Part shown: positions 45,848 to 55,238 of the stretch, piece by piece | Layout of the letters: every line of letters starts with the position of its first letter | Position numbering within the stretch: the first letter of the stretch is position 1 | NCBI GenBank assembly: GCA_965651205.1 | Contig: CBFGRM010000003.1 | Coordinates: 16,181-80,180 of the forward strand | Direction of reading: 5' to 3' | Origin: an uncultured bacterium | GTDB lineage: Bacteria > Gemmatimonadota > Gemmatimonadetes > Gemmatimonadales > GWC2-71-9 | Length of the DNA: 64,000 nt | Made by a program: the position numbers and the translations under genes | Notes under the pieces: model-generated | The model's database searches: none | What the model saw: only the letters and a program-made list of their open reading frames with translations | Told to the model about the DNA's origin: nothing

Positions 45848-46138
45848 ATGGCAATCGATCCGCTGGGTTCCGGCAGTATTTCCGAATCAGGGCAGAAGAG
45901 CGTCGGTAGTGTGTCGCCTGCCGACAGCAAGGTGGCAACGACAGCACTGCGGCCAGCCGCCACCGACAGCGTCGAGGTGTCGGAGGAAGCCCGTCGACTG
46001 GCCGAACCCGACATTCCCGTGGGCAGCGTGTCGCCCGAGATGCTTCGCCAGGTTTCGTCCCGCATCAGCGACGGCAGCTACAACGTTGATTCGGTGATCG
46101 ACACCATCGCCGAGCAGTTGCGAGACCAGATCCTCTAG
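45848..46138 (+). CDS. flgM: Anti-sigma28 factor FlgM
   Basis: DSVEVSEEAR...RISDGSYNVD...IAEQL; AGGAGG RBS. Confidence 0.85.
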   Translation: MAIDPLGSGSISESGQKSVGSVSPADSKVATTALRPAATDSVEVSEEARRLAEPDIPVGSVSPEMLRQVSSRISDGSYNVDSVIDTIAEQLRDQIL

Positions 46139-47370
46139 AGCCTGATCACCAGGCCATCCTGCAGCGCATTGCGGTAGGCGCGCCACGCCGGAATCAGGCC
46201 CACGAGTATTCCTGCCACGACAACCCCGGCCACATAGATCCATTCCAGTCGGCCGGGCGCCGTGATCGGGATGAAGATCCCGAAATGCCGCTCCGCCATA
46301 CCGCGGCCGATCACCAGGATCACGTAGGTCGCGATCAGGCCGAAGATGGCGCCCAGAGCGGCCAGCACGCCCGATTCGATCACCAGCAATTGCGCCACCC
46401 GCAGCGGACCGGCTCCGAGCGAGCGGAGGATTGCCATCTCGCGACGTCGCTCCTGCAGCGTGCTGTAGAGCGCAACCAGCATTCCGAGCAGTCCCACCAC
46501 CACCACCGCCATCGTGATGATCCGGGCACCGTCCTCGGCGTAGCCGATGGTGTGCCACAGTTCGGTCAGCGCCACCGCAGGCAGGATGGCGCTGAGCGGC
46601 TCGTCGGTGTCGGTGTTGATCTCGCGTTGCAGTTGCAGCGACTCGATCCGGTTCCGGGTGCCCACCAGGAACGACGACAGCAGTGGTCCGCTGGCGGTGA
46701 GCGCCGGGTCGGGAGGCGGCGCACCGGGGAAATCCTCGTGCATCGCGTCAATTCCCTCGAGCGTCACGTACAACGACCGGTCGATCGGCGTGAACGTCGG
46801 CAACAGAATGCCGCTCACTCGGAACGGGTGCTGATCGTGGTCCATTATGCCGGTGCCGCGGAGCCCGTGGGTGATCGCCAGTTCGTCTCCCACCGCGAGG
46901 TTGCGGCTGGCCGCGACCTCGCTGCCCAGCACGACGTCGTGATCGTCGGCGGGAAGCTCGCCGCCGGGTGCCAGCGTGGGCCTGCCATCGTTCCGGAAGC
47001 GGTAGTGCTCGAAGAAGGCATCGGTGGTGCCCACCACCCGATAGCCGAAATAGCTGTCGCCCAGTGCCAGCGGGATGGTCCAGTCCACCGCACCGTGCGA
47101 CGACCAACGCTGGTATGTCCCCCAGGTGACCGAGCCCGCGGGCGCGCCGAGTCCGAAGATGGACGACAGCAACAACTGCTGGCTGCCGCCGCGGGCACCC
47201 ACGATCAGGTCGGTGCCCCGGATGGTACCCGCGAACGACTCGCGGATTCCGCGGCGCACCGTCTCGACTCCTACCAGCAGTGACACCGACAGCGCAATCG
47301 ACGCGATGGTGAGGATCGTCGTGAGTCGGCGGTTGGCAAGCGAACGAAGCGCCAGTCGAAGGGTGAGCAT
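46135..47370 (-). CDS. ABC transporter permease (MacB/FtsX family, ZrgC-like)
   Basis: DLIVGARGGSQQLLLSSIF, IPLALGDS, ERRREMAILRSLGA. Confidence 0.9.
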   Translation of the reverse strand: MLTLRLALRSLANRRLTTILTIASIALSVSLLVGVETVRRGIRESFAGTIRGTDLIVGARGGSQQLLLSSIFGLGAPAGSVTWGTYQRWSSHGAVDWTIPLALGDSYFGYRVVGTTDAFFEHYRFRNDGRPTLAPGGELPADDHDVVLGSEVAASRNLAVGDELAITHGLRGTGIMDHDQHPFRVSGILLPTFTPIDRSLYVTLEGIDAMHEDFPGAPPPDPALTASGPLLSSFLVGTRNRIESLQLQREINTDTDEPLSAILPAVALTELWHTIGYAEDGARIITMAVVVVGLLGMLVALYSTLQERRREMAILRSLGAGPLRVAQLLVIESGVLAALGAIFGLIATYVILVIGRGMAERHFGIFIPITAPGRLEWIYVAGVVVAGILVGLIPAWRAYRNALQDGLVIRL

Positions 47371-48068
47371 CAGGCCTGCACCCCGGCGCCGTTGAGTTCA
47401 GGAAGTGAAAGCTGACGGTCGAACGCTGCCCCGAGCGACAGGTCGTGGCTCACGAACAACAGGGTGGAACCGGCCCGTTCACACTCGGCAAACAGCAGGT
47501 CGAGAAACGCATTGCGGCGATCCGCATCGAGCGACGAAGTCGGTTCATCCGCGATCAGCAAGGCCGGACTGCCGATCAATGCCCTGGCGGCCGCCACCCG
47601 CTGCTGCTGGCCCACCGACAGGTCGCTCACCGGTGTGTCGAGGAAGGCGGCGAGGTCCAGTCGCTCGAGCAGTGCGCGAGCAGCGTCACGCGGCGCGACA
47701 CCGTCCAGCCTGCCGCGCCGGGCCGGGTGCAGTTCCACCGGCAGGGTGACGTTCTCGGTTACCGACAACCACGGCAGCAGGTTGAACAACTGGAACAGGT
47801 AGCCGAGATGCTCACCGCGCAGGCGGTCGCGCTCACCCTGCGACAACCGGGTCAGGTCCTGACCCAGTACTTCCACCCGACCGGATGTCGGTACGAGTAC
47901 TCCGGCGATCACACCGAGGAGAGTTGTCTTGCCGCTACCGGAGGGACCGTGCAGGAACACCCGCTCGCCGCGGGGCACCACCAGTCCGGCGATGTCGAGT
48001 ACCTCCGGACCGCGGCGATATGCAAAGCGGAGCGCCTCCAGGCGCACCGCCGGCGGCTGTTCCGTCAC
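47370..48068 (-). CDS. ABC transporter ATP-binding protein (ZrgB-like)
   Basis: GPSGSGKTT, LSVGQQQRV, IADEPTSSLD, VSHD; GTG at 48068. Confidence 0.93.
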   Translation of the reverse strand: MTEQPPAVRLEALRFAYRRGPEVLDIAGLVVPRGERVFLHGPSGSGKTTLLGVIAGVLVPTSGRVEVLGQDLTRLSQGERDRLRGEHLGYLFQLFNLLPWLSVTENVTLPVELHPARRGRLDGVAPRDAARALLERLDLAAFLDTPVSDLSVGQQQRVAAARALIGSPALLIADEPTSSLDADRRNAFLDLLFAECERAGSTLLFVSHDLSLGAAFDRQLSLPELNGAGVQA

Positions 48069-48565
48069 TTCGATGGCGGAGTATAGGGCTTGCTCTCGAG
48101 TCCTTCCATCTCGAAGTAGCTGGGACCGTACACCGAATCGACCTGCTTGAGATGAAGCACGCCCTCGAAGTTGACCGGATCCCACCAACCGATCTTGATC
48201 ATCTTCCGGTCCTTCATCTTGACGTACACCATCTGGTTGGGCGGCGGGGGCGGCGTGTGCACGCAGGCGCCGAAGTACGGCACCAACAGGAATTCATCGG
48301 CCCGCTGCATATCGTCTTCCAAGGGCACGATGAACGCCGCGATCACCACCCGCTTGCCATCAAGGGCAGTCAGTGCCGGCGGCGCCTTGCCGTCTTCGAG
48401 TGAGAGCGAGGCCAGCATTCGCCAGTCGATCGGCACCGGCTCGTCGGCCACCACGCTCAGGACCTCGCGGAACGACTTGCCGTCTCCCCAGGAATCGGCC
48501 AGCAGAACCCCGCCAGGCAACGACAGGACGGCCACAGTGACCGCCAATCGCCTCAGAAACCGCAT
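48065..48565 (-). CDS. DUF3299 family exported protein (ZrgD-like)
   Basis: EFLLVPYFGACVHTPPPPPNQMVYV signature; signal peptide. Confidence 0.88.
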   Translation of the reverse strand: MRFLRRLAVTVAVLSLPGGVLLADSWGDGKSFREVLSVVADEPVPIDWRMLASLSLEDGKAPPALTALDGKRVVIAAFIVPLEDDMQRADEFLLVPYFGACVHTPPPPPNQMVYVKMKDRKMIKIGWWDPVNFEGVLHLKQVDSVYGPSYFEMEGLESKPYTPPSK

Positions 48566-48674
48566 CGCACCCCCCTACTTGAGAACAAATTACCGGCAAC
48601 GTGCTACCTTAAAGATACGTACAACCCGGTACTATCGTTGGGTTCCCCATAGTCCCTCCACTCCGGAGTGCCTG

Positions 48675-50288
48675 ATGTCCCGTCTGAAGTTCGGGGCTGC
48701 CGCACGGCTGGCCGTGCTCGCAGCGATTGCCCTTCCCGTCACCGCAAGCGCCCAGCGCGGTGGATTCCAGCAAAACCTGATCGACAGCGCCCGCTACGTC
48801 CGCACCTCGGCGCCCACCGATCCCGTGATCCAGCAGATGTGGGTCGAGGGGATGGAAAAGGGCCGTGCGATGGAGCTTGCGCAGGTCCTTCTCGACTCGA
48901 TCGGGCCGCGCCTCAACAACACCGACCGTTTCGATGCCGGCCAGCACTGGCTGATCCGCGAGTACGCCAAGTGGGGCATCCCTGCGTCGCAGGTCCCCTA
49001 CGGCACCTGGGTCAAGTGGGTTCGTGGTCCCACATATATGGACCTCACCGCGCCCCGGCTGCGCACCCTCGAAGCGACGATGCTGGGCTGGAGCCCTGGC
49101 ACAAACGGACAGTGGGTGGAGGGCGAAGTGGCCCTGATTCCGCCCAAGACCACCCCGGAGGACTTCGCGGCGTGGCTCCCCACCGTGCGCGGCAAGTTCC
49201 TGCTCGGCTCCGCTCTCAACCCGAGCTGTCGGATGCCGTCCCAGATCGCCGAGTACGCCGAACCGGCCACCAAGGCGCGGCTGGATTCGGTGCGTAGCGC
49301 CAACGCAGCCGACTATGCCGACCGCTTCCTGCAGGGTGGCAATCGCTACGAATGGCCCAAGGAAGCCGGGGTCGCGGCAGTCCTGACCACGACCTTCTCG
49401 AACTATCCCGGCATCAACAAGATTTTCGGCACCCCCAAGCAGCAGGTGCCCACGCTTGATGTCTCGTGCGAGGACTACTCGCTGCTGTACCGTCTCGCCG
49501 AGAACGGCCAGTCGCCCAGGGTGCGGTTGTTCGCGCAGTCGCAAGACCTCGGCGAACAGCCGGTCCACAACGTGATCGGCCGGATCGAGGGTTCCGAGTT
49601 CCCCGACCAGTACATCGTGCTCTCGGCCCACTACGACTCGTGGGACGGCGCATCTGGTGCCACCGACAACGGCACCGGCACCATCACGATGATGGAAGCG
49701 ATGCGGATTCTCAAGAAGGTCTACCCCAACCCGAAGCGGACCATCATCGTCGGCCACTGGGGTGGTGAGGAGCAGGGCCTCAACGGTTCGCGCGCCTGGG
49801 TTGCCGACAACCCCGAAATAGTGTCGCGAGTGCACGCCGGCTTCAACCAGGACAACGGCACCGGCCGGATTGTCAACATCGGCCCGGGTCCGTTCGTCGA
49901 GGGAGTCGACGCCCTGATCCGCTATATGTCGGCGATCCCCTCGGAGATGACCGGTCGGATCCGGATGACCGGCACCGGCAGGCCTGCCACCGGCGGCACC
50001 GACAACGCCGCGTTCCAGTGTATGAAGTCACCGGTTTACGGCACCGGCGGCCTGAGCTGGGACTACGGCAGCACCACCTGGCACACCAACCGCGACACCT
50101 TCGACAAGGTGATCGCCGAGGATCTGCAGAACAACGCCACGCTGATCGCTATGCTGGTGTATATGGCAGACCAGGACGCCGAGCTGCTGTCGCACGAGGT
50201 GATCGAACTCACGGACCGTGAGGGTGCCCCGGCGCCCTGGCCGACCTGCGGCACGGGTGATCGCAACACGGCGGCGTCGCCGAGGTAA
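48675..50288 (+). CDS. Secreted M28-family metallopeptidase (carboxypeptidase Q-like)
   Basis: Signal peptide; SAHYDSW, GATDNGTG, GEEQGL, WHTNRDT; ATG at 48675. Confidence 0.9.
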   Translation: MSRLKFGAAARLAVLAAIALPVTASAQRGGFQQNLIDSARYVRTSAPTDPVIQQMWVEGMEKGRAMELAQVLLDSIGPRLNNTDRFDAGQHWLIREYAKWGIPASQVPYGTWVKWVRGPTYMDLTAPRLRTLEATMLGWSPGTNGQWVEGEVALIPPKTTPEDFAAWLPTVRGKFLLGSALNPSCRMPSQIAEYAEPATKARLDSVRSANAADYADRFLQGGNRYEWPKEAGVAAVLTTTFSNYPGINKIFGTPKQQVPTLDVSCEDYSLLYRLAENGQSPRVRLFAQSQDLGEQPVHNVIGRIEGSEFPDQYIVLSAHYDSWDGASGATDNGTGTITMMEAMRILKKVYPNPKRTIIVGHWGGEEQGLNGSRAWVADNPEIVSRVHAGFNQDNGTGRIVNIGPGPFVEGVDALIRYMSAIPSEMTGRIRMTGTGRPATGGTDNAAFQCMKSPVYGTGGLSWDYGSTTWHTNRDTFDKVIAEDLQNNATLIAMLVYMADQDAELLSHEVIELTDREGAPAPWPTCGTGDRNTAASPR

Positions 50289-50290
50289 GA

Positions 50291-50369
50291 AGCAAGGGAG
50301 AAGGGAGAAGGGAGAAGGGAGAAGGGGTACGAGACCTTCTCCCTTCTCCCTTCTTTCTTCTCCCTTGCT
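50291..50369. repeat. Tandem heptamer (AAGGGAG)n forming a 35-bp-arm inverted repeat
   Basis: AGC(AAGGGAG)4AAGG at 50291-50325, 9-nt loop, near-perfect complement 50335-50369; between convergent genes. Confidence 0.9.
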
Positions 50370-50384
50370 GGAATCGGTGCTGCT

Positions 50385-51905
50385 TCAGACTCGATCCGGT
50401 GTACCACTGGCGAACTGCAGGTCGCCGTCCGCTGCAAGCTCGGCATCGGCACTGCGGGTTTCATCGCCGAGCAGGTAGTCGATCACGTCGACGGCGCTGT
50501 AGCGAGCCCGCCCGCGGAGGAACTTGCCGATTGCCATCAGGTCGTCGCCGCTGGTGACCAAGGGCGGTTCGCCGCCGCCATCGGCTGTCACCTGCGGCAG
50601 GCCGATGTCGGCCATCAGCGCGTTGCAGAGGCAGCGCCTGGAGGTGGTGGCCTCGATGTCGCCACCCTTGGCGACATAATCCTTGACCGGTTCCGCCGCG
50701 CAGCGGTAGCCCAGGCGGCCGTCATCGCGACGGTAGGCCACACGCAGGTAGCCCAGGTCGCAATTGCGGACCCGCGGTTCGGGCCTGCCACCGGTGGGAT
50801 CTTCGGCCCACTGCACCACCTTGAACGGATAGCCGGTGGGCGATGCCAGCGGGTCGGTGCGGACATTCACCTCGCCGCGGGCGGCGTGGTCGAGCACCGA
50901 GTGCTTGTACTTGGCCGCCAGCCCGGACTCCTCGCAGTAGGCGAACAGCGTACCCACCTGGATACCGGTGGCCCCCGCCTGCTGGGCGGCCACCAGGGCC
51001 TCCGGAGTACCGGCGCCGCCGGCGATCCAGAACGGTCGGCCCAATTCGACCATCTGGGGCAGGCTGACCTCGTCACGCGGCCCGTACACCGGTTCACCCT
51101 CGTTGTTGAGGGTGAGCGGCCCGCGTGGCGGCGCGTTGTGACCACCGGCGGTGGGACCCTCGATGATGAAGCCATCGACGTATCCGCTGGCCTTGCGCGT
51201 CAGCATCGTCGCAAGCGAGTTGCTGGCGATGATCGCGAGGAAACGCGGCCGGGTGAGCTTGATCGGAGCGTGCTCGCCCCAGTGGGCCATCGGCTCGAAT
51301 CGCAGCTCGGCCGAGAGACCCGGTTGTTCGTCTTCGACATCCAGCTTGAGCGTGGCCGGGCGGTGCTCGGCGTAGGCGTCGAGCACGCCGGGAATCTCCT
51401 TGGGGATTCCGGCGCCCATCAGCACGAAATCGACGCCAGCCAGCATCGCACCGTACAGTGATGGCAGGTTGGGCATCTGGACCTTGGTGAGCAGGTTGAT
51501 GCCCACCAACCCGTCGTGTCCCTCGCGGGCGAGGAACACTTCCACGAAGTTGGCGAGGATCACCACCTGTTCGCGCTCGAGCGATACCTTGGCACGCGGC
51601 ATCGACAGCAGCTTGTAGGGCTGACCCGGCTCGCGACCGCCCGGCAGGAAATACTTCTCGAGCACCGCGTCGGCCACGCCCGGAATCGGGAACGCCGACA
51701 TCGCCCGGCGGACGTCTCCATCGGGATCGCCGTCCTGGAGGCGTCTGACCAGCACCGAGTCGATCGAAGTCCCCGAGATCACGCCGAGCTGTCCGGCCCT
51801 GGACACCGCTCGGGCCAGGCGCCAGTCGGACACAGCAATCCCCATCCCGCCCTGGATGATGGCGGGCCAGCGGACTGGCGCTTGGGGCGGAACCTGCTGG
51901 ACCAC
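50385..51905 (-). CDS. Nitronate monooxygenase/FabK-like FMN-dependent oxidoreductase
   Basis: IIQGGMG, MGAGIP, EGPTAGGH, IAGG, GIQVGT; Cys-rich C-terminal part. Confidence 0.85.
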   Translation of the reverse strand: MVQQVPPQAPVRWPAIIQGGMGIAVSDWRLARAVSRAGQLGVISGTSIDSVLVRRLQDGDPDGDVRRAMSAFPIPGVADAVLEKYFLPGGREPGQPYKLLSMPRAKVSLEREQVVILANFVEVFLAREGHDGLVGINLLTKVQMPNLPSLYGAMLAGVDFVLMGAGIPKEIPGVLDAYAEHRPATLKLDVEDEQPGLSAELRFEPMAHWGEHAPIKLTRPRFLAIIASNSLATMLTRKASGYVDGFIIEGPTAGGHNAPPRGPLTLNNEGEPVYGPRDEVSLPQMVELGRPFWIAGGAGTPEALVAAQQAGATGIQVGTLFAYCEESGLAAKYKHSVLDHAARGEVNVRTDPLASPTGYPFKVVQWAEDPTGGRPEPRVRNCDLGYLRVAYRRDDGRLGYRCAAEPVKDYVAKGGDIEATTSRRCLCNALMADIGLPQVTADGGGEPPLVTSGDDLMAIGKFLRGRARYSAVDVIDYLLGDETRSADAELAADGDLQFASGTPDRV

Positions 51906-51932
51906 CGGCTACTCCGGAATCGAGGAGGGGTA

Positions 51933-51962
51933 GGCGATCATCAAACTAATCGGATGATCGCC
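51933..51962. promoter_or_regulatory. Operator-like inverted repeat flanking a -10-like element upstream of the NMO-family gene
   Basis: GGCGATCATC-N10-GATGATCGCC; spacer reads TAGTTT on minus strand. Confidence 0.45.
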
Positions 51963-52015
51963 ATCACGCCGGGGCGGCGCCGAACGGCGAGCGCGTGGCC
52001 CCCTGGGAGCGGCGC

Positions 52016-52291
52016 TCAGGATTCTTCGTCTTCGTCGCCGAATGAGAATCCGTCGTAGTCGACTTCTTCCGCTTCGTCGTCGTCGTCGTAATCCTCATCG
52101 TCGTCGTAGTCTTCGTCGTCCGAGTCCTCGTCCTCATCCTCGTCGTCGAAGCCGAAGCCCTCTTCTTCCTCTTCATCGTCGTCGAAACGACGCCTGAGCA
52201 GGACCTCGTCCGTCTCGTCGAGCAGGGTTCCGAGAGACGCCTCCCACGCCGGCATACCAGCCTCCATTGTGTTCCGGGTTGTGATTGTCAC
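52016..52291 (-). CDS. Small extremely acidic protein downstream of typA
   Basis: GTGA overlap with typA stop (alt ATG 52267); last 55 residues contain 39 Asp/Glu. Confidence 0.65.
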   Translation of the reverse strand: MTITTRNTMEAGMPAWEASLGTLLDETDEVLLRRRFDDDEEEEEGFGFDDEDEDEDSDDEDYDDDEDYDDDDEAEEVDYDGFSFGDEDEES

Positions 52292-54141
52292 GATGCGTCG
52301 GCCACCCGGTTGGCCGCGCGCTGGGCCTTCTTGCGGTCGTTTGCCAGCAACAGCCGCTTCCGGAGCCGGATGTTGTCAGGCGTGACTTCGATCAGTTCGT
52401 CTTCCTCGATGTACTCGAGGGCATACTCCAGCGAAATCTCCCGCGGCGGCTCCAACTGGATGTTCTCGTCGCTCGCGGTGGTCCGCATATTGGTCAGCTT
52501 CTTCTCCTTGCCGACGTTGACGTCCATATCCTCGGGACGCGAATTCTCGCCGACGATCATTCCCTCGTACACCTGTTCGCCCGGGGCCACGAACAACTGG
52601 GCCCGTTCCTGCAGGTTGTTGAGCGCGAAGCCCACCACCGGGGTCTCGCGATCGGCCACCAGCACGCCGCGCTTGCGGCCCGCCAGCGGCCCGGCCCACG
52701 GGCCGTACTCCAGAAACCGGTGGTTCATCATCCCGGTGCCGCGGGTGTCGGTCAGGAATTCGCTGCGGTAGCCGAACAGGCCGCGCGAGGGGATCCGGAA
52801 CGTGAGCCGCACGTTGCCCTGGCCGGGGTTCCGCATCTCGACCATCTCGGTGCGACGCGGGCCCAGCTTCTCCATCACCACGCCCATATACTCCTCGGGC
52901 ACGTCGATGATCAGCTCCTCATACGGTTCGAGCCGCTCGCCGGTTGGGCCGCGCTGCAGGATCACCCTCGGCCGGGACACCTGGAACTCGTAGCCCTCGC
53001 GCCGCATCGTCTCCATCAGGATGCCGAGGTGCAGCTCGCCCCGGCCGCTCACGGCGTGAGTGTCGGGCGAATCGGTCGGTTCGACCCTCAGGGCGACGTT
53101 GCGCTCCAGCTCCTTGAACAGCCGGTCACGGAGCTGGCGGGAAGTGACGAACTTCCCCTCCCTGCCCGCGAACGGCGAGTTGTTGACGATCACGTCGACC
53201 GAGATGGTCGGCTCCTCCACCGCGATGCCGGCCAGCCGCTCGGGGCGGTCGACCGCTGCGAAAGTTTTGCCGATCTCTATGGTCTCGAAGCCGGCCAGCG
53301 CCACGACATCGCCGGCGGCGGCCGTGTCGACCTCGACCCGGGCCAGCCCGTCGAAGGTATACAGCTTGGTGATCCGGCCACGCTCCACGCCCGGCTCGTC
53401 GGTCACCAGGCCGGGCTCGCCCATCGGCAGCAGCGCCACCTGGTCACCCACCGCCAGGTGGCCCCGCTCGATCCGGCCGATCGCGATCCGACCCAGGAAG
53501 CTGGAGAAGTCCAGCGTGCTGACCAGCATCTGGAACGGGCCCTTGGGGTCGCCGCTGGGCGCCGGAACGTGGGCCAGGATGGTGTCGAACAACGGTTCCA
53601 GCGTGCTGCCGGGCGCGTCGAGTTCGGTGGTGGCCGTGCCGGCCCGGCTCGATGTGTACAGGAACGGGCACTCGAGCTGTTCCTCGGTGGCGTCTAGATC
53701 GAGAAACAGCGACAGCACCTCGTCGTGGACCCGGAGCGGTTCGGCGTCGGCGCGGTCGATCTTGTTGATCGCCACGATCGGTCGCAGCCCCAGTCCCAGC
53801 GCCTTGCGGGTCACGAACCGGGTCTGCGGCATCGGGCCCTCGGCGGCATCGACCAGAATCAGCACACCGTCGACCATCCGCAGGATCCGCTCGACCTCGC
53901 CGCCGAAGTCGGCGTGACCCGGCGTGTCGATGATGTTGATCTTGGTGCCCTTCCAGGTCACTGCGGTGTTCTTGGCCAGGATGGTGATGCCCCGCTCGCG
54001 CTCGAGCGGGTTGGAATCCATCACGCGCTCCTCGACCTGCTGGTGCGCTCGAAACGCACCGGCCTGGCGCAGCATCTGATCGACCAGCGTCGTCTTGCCG
54101 TGGTCGACGTGTGCGATGATGGCAATGTTCCTGATCTCCAC
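52288..54141 (-). CDS. typA: Translational GTPase TypA/BipA
   Basis: [55 protein letters not shown]; GTG at 54141. Confidence 0.97.
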   Translation of the reverse strand: MEIRNIAIIAHVDHGKTTLVDQMLRQAGAFRAHQQVEERVMDSNPLERERGITILAKNTAVTWKGTKINIIDTPGHADFGGEVERILRMVDGVLILVDAAEGPMPQTRFVTRKALGLGLRPIVAINKIDRADAEPLRVHDEVLSLFLDLDATEEQLECPFLYTSSRAGTATTELDAPGSTLEPLFDTILAHVPAPSGDPKGPFQMLVSTLDFSSFLGRIAIGRIERGHLAVGDQVALLPMGEPGLVTDEPGVERGRITKLYTFDGLARVEVDTAAAGDVVALAGFETIEIGKTFAAVDRPERLAGIAVEEPTISVDVIVNNSPFAGREGKFVTSRQLRDRLFKELERNVALRVEPTDSPDTHAVSGRGELHLGILMETMRREGYEFQVSRPRVILQRGPTGERLEPYEELIIDVPEEYMGVVMEKLGPRRTEMVEMRNPGQGNVRLTFRIPSRGLFGYRSEFLTDTRGTGMMNHRFLEYGPWAGPLAGRKRGVLVADRETPVVGFALNNLQERAQLFVAPGEQVYEGMIVGENSRPEDMDVNVGKEKKLTNMRTTASDENIQLEPPREISLEYALEYIEEDELIEVTPDNIRLRKRLLLANDRKKAQRAANRVADAS

Positions 54142-54215
54142 CTGGTCCCGCCCGTATTCGAGTCCGCCCTTCAAGGGCGCCATATATAGGGGGCGCAACC
54201 AGTCATCGCAAGGCG

Positions 54216-55238
54216 TCAGGTTTCCCGGTCGTCCACGATGGTTCCGCTCACCGGCAGGTCGCCGCAGTCCTCGCCGATGCAGGGGCCGCCAGTCTCCAAC
54301 TGGATCGTGACGTGTTCGATGCCAAGCTGCTGCATCTGTTCCCCCAGCAGCCGCAGCGTATCGGGGTGGGCATCGAGTTCGGGTACCACCGCGTGGGCGC
54401 TCATCGCGACCAGCCCGCTGGTCACGGTCCAGACGTGGACGTCGTGCACCGCCTCGACCCCTGGTACCGACCTGAGGCGACGTTCCACCTCCGGCACCTC
54501 GAGGTGAGACGGCACCTTGTCGAGCAGGATGGTGGCCGACTCACTGATCAGCCGCCAGGCCGACACCAGAATCAGCAGCGAGATGAACGCCGAGATGAGC
54601 GGGTCGATCGGCAGCCAGCCGGTGAAGTGGATCACCACCGCTGCGGTGACCGCGGCCAGCGAGCCGAGCACGTCGCCCATTATGTGCAGGTAGGCACCGC
54701 GAACGTTGAGGTCGTGGGCGTGGTGGCCGTGCAGCAACCGGAGACCGGTCAAATTGACGCCCAGTCCAGCCAGCGCGACGATGCCGAACAACACGGCGTT
54801 GATCTCGTGCGGCTCCTTGAGCCGCTCCAGTGCCTCCAGGGAGATACCGATCGCCATTGCCACCAGGATCACCCCGTTGACCATCGCGATCAGGATTTCC
54901 CAGCGCAGGTTGCCGAATTTGTGGGCCGAACTGGCTCTGCGCTGGGCGATCCGGGATCCCACGGTGGCCAGGGTGAGCGCCGCGACGTCGGTGGCCATAT
55001 GTCCGGCGTCGGCCAGCAGCGCCAATGACCCCGACACCAGCCCACCGATCACCTCGATGATCAGGAATGTGGCGGTCAGCCCCAGCACCAGCAGCAATCG
55101 GCGACTGGCCAGGATCGAGGCCGGACGGGCGAATGCACCGTGATAGTGCCCCGGATCAGGCAGGGTGTCGGCCCCTGCCGTGCCTTCTCGCTCCGAGTTA
55201 CCCTTGTGGTACAATGGAATCTGATCTGAACTGGGCAT
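54216..55238 (-). CDS. Cation diffusion facilitator (CzcD/ZitB-type Zn/Co/Cd exporter)
   Basis: SLALLADAGHMATD, HGHHAHDLNVRGAYLHIMGD, HDVHVW, HVTIQLE; start codon uncertain. Confidence 0.9.
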   Translation of the reverse strand: MPSSDQIPLYHKGNSEREGTAGADTLPDPGHYHGAFARPASILASRRLLLVLGLTATFLIIEVIGGLVSGSLALLADAGHMATDVAALTLATVGSRIAQRRASSAHKFGNLRWEILIAMVNGVILVAMAIGISLEALERLKEPHEINAVLFGIVALAGLGVNLTGLRLLHGHHAHDLNVRGAYLHIMGDVLGSLAAVTAAVVIHFTGWLPIDPLISAFISLLILVSAWRLISESATILLDKVPSHLEVPEVERRLRSVPGVEAVHDVHVWTVTSGLVAMSAHAVVPELDAHPDTLRLLGEQMQQLGIEHVTIQLETGGPCIGEDCGDLPVSGTIVDDRET

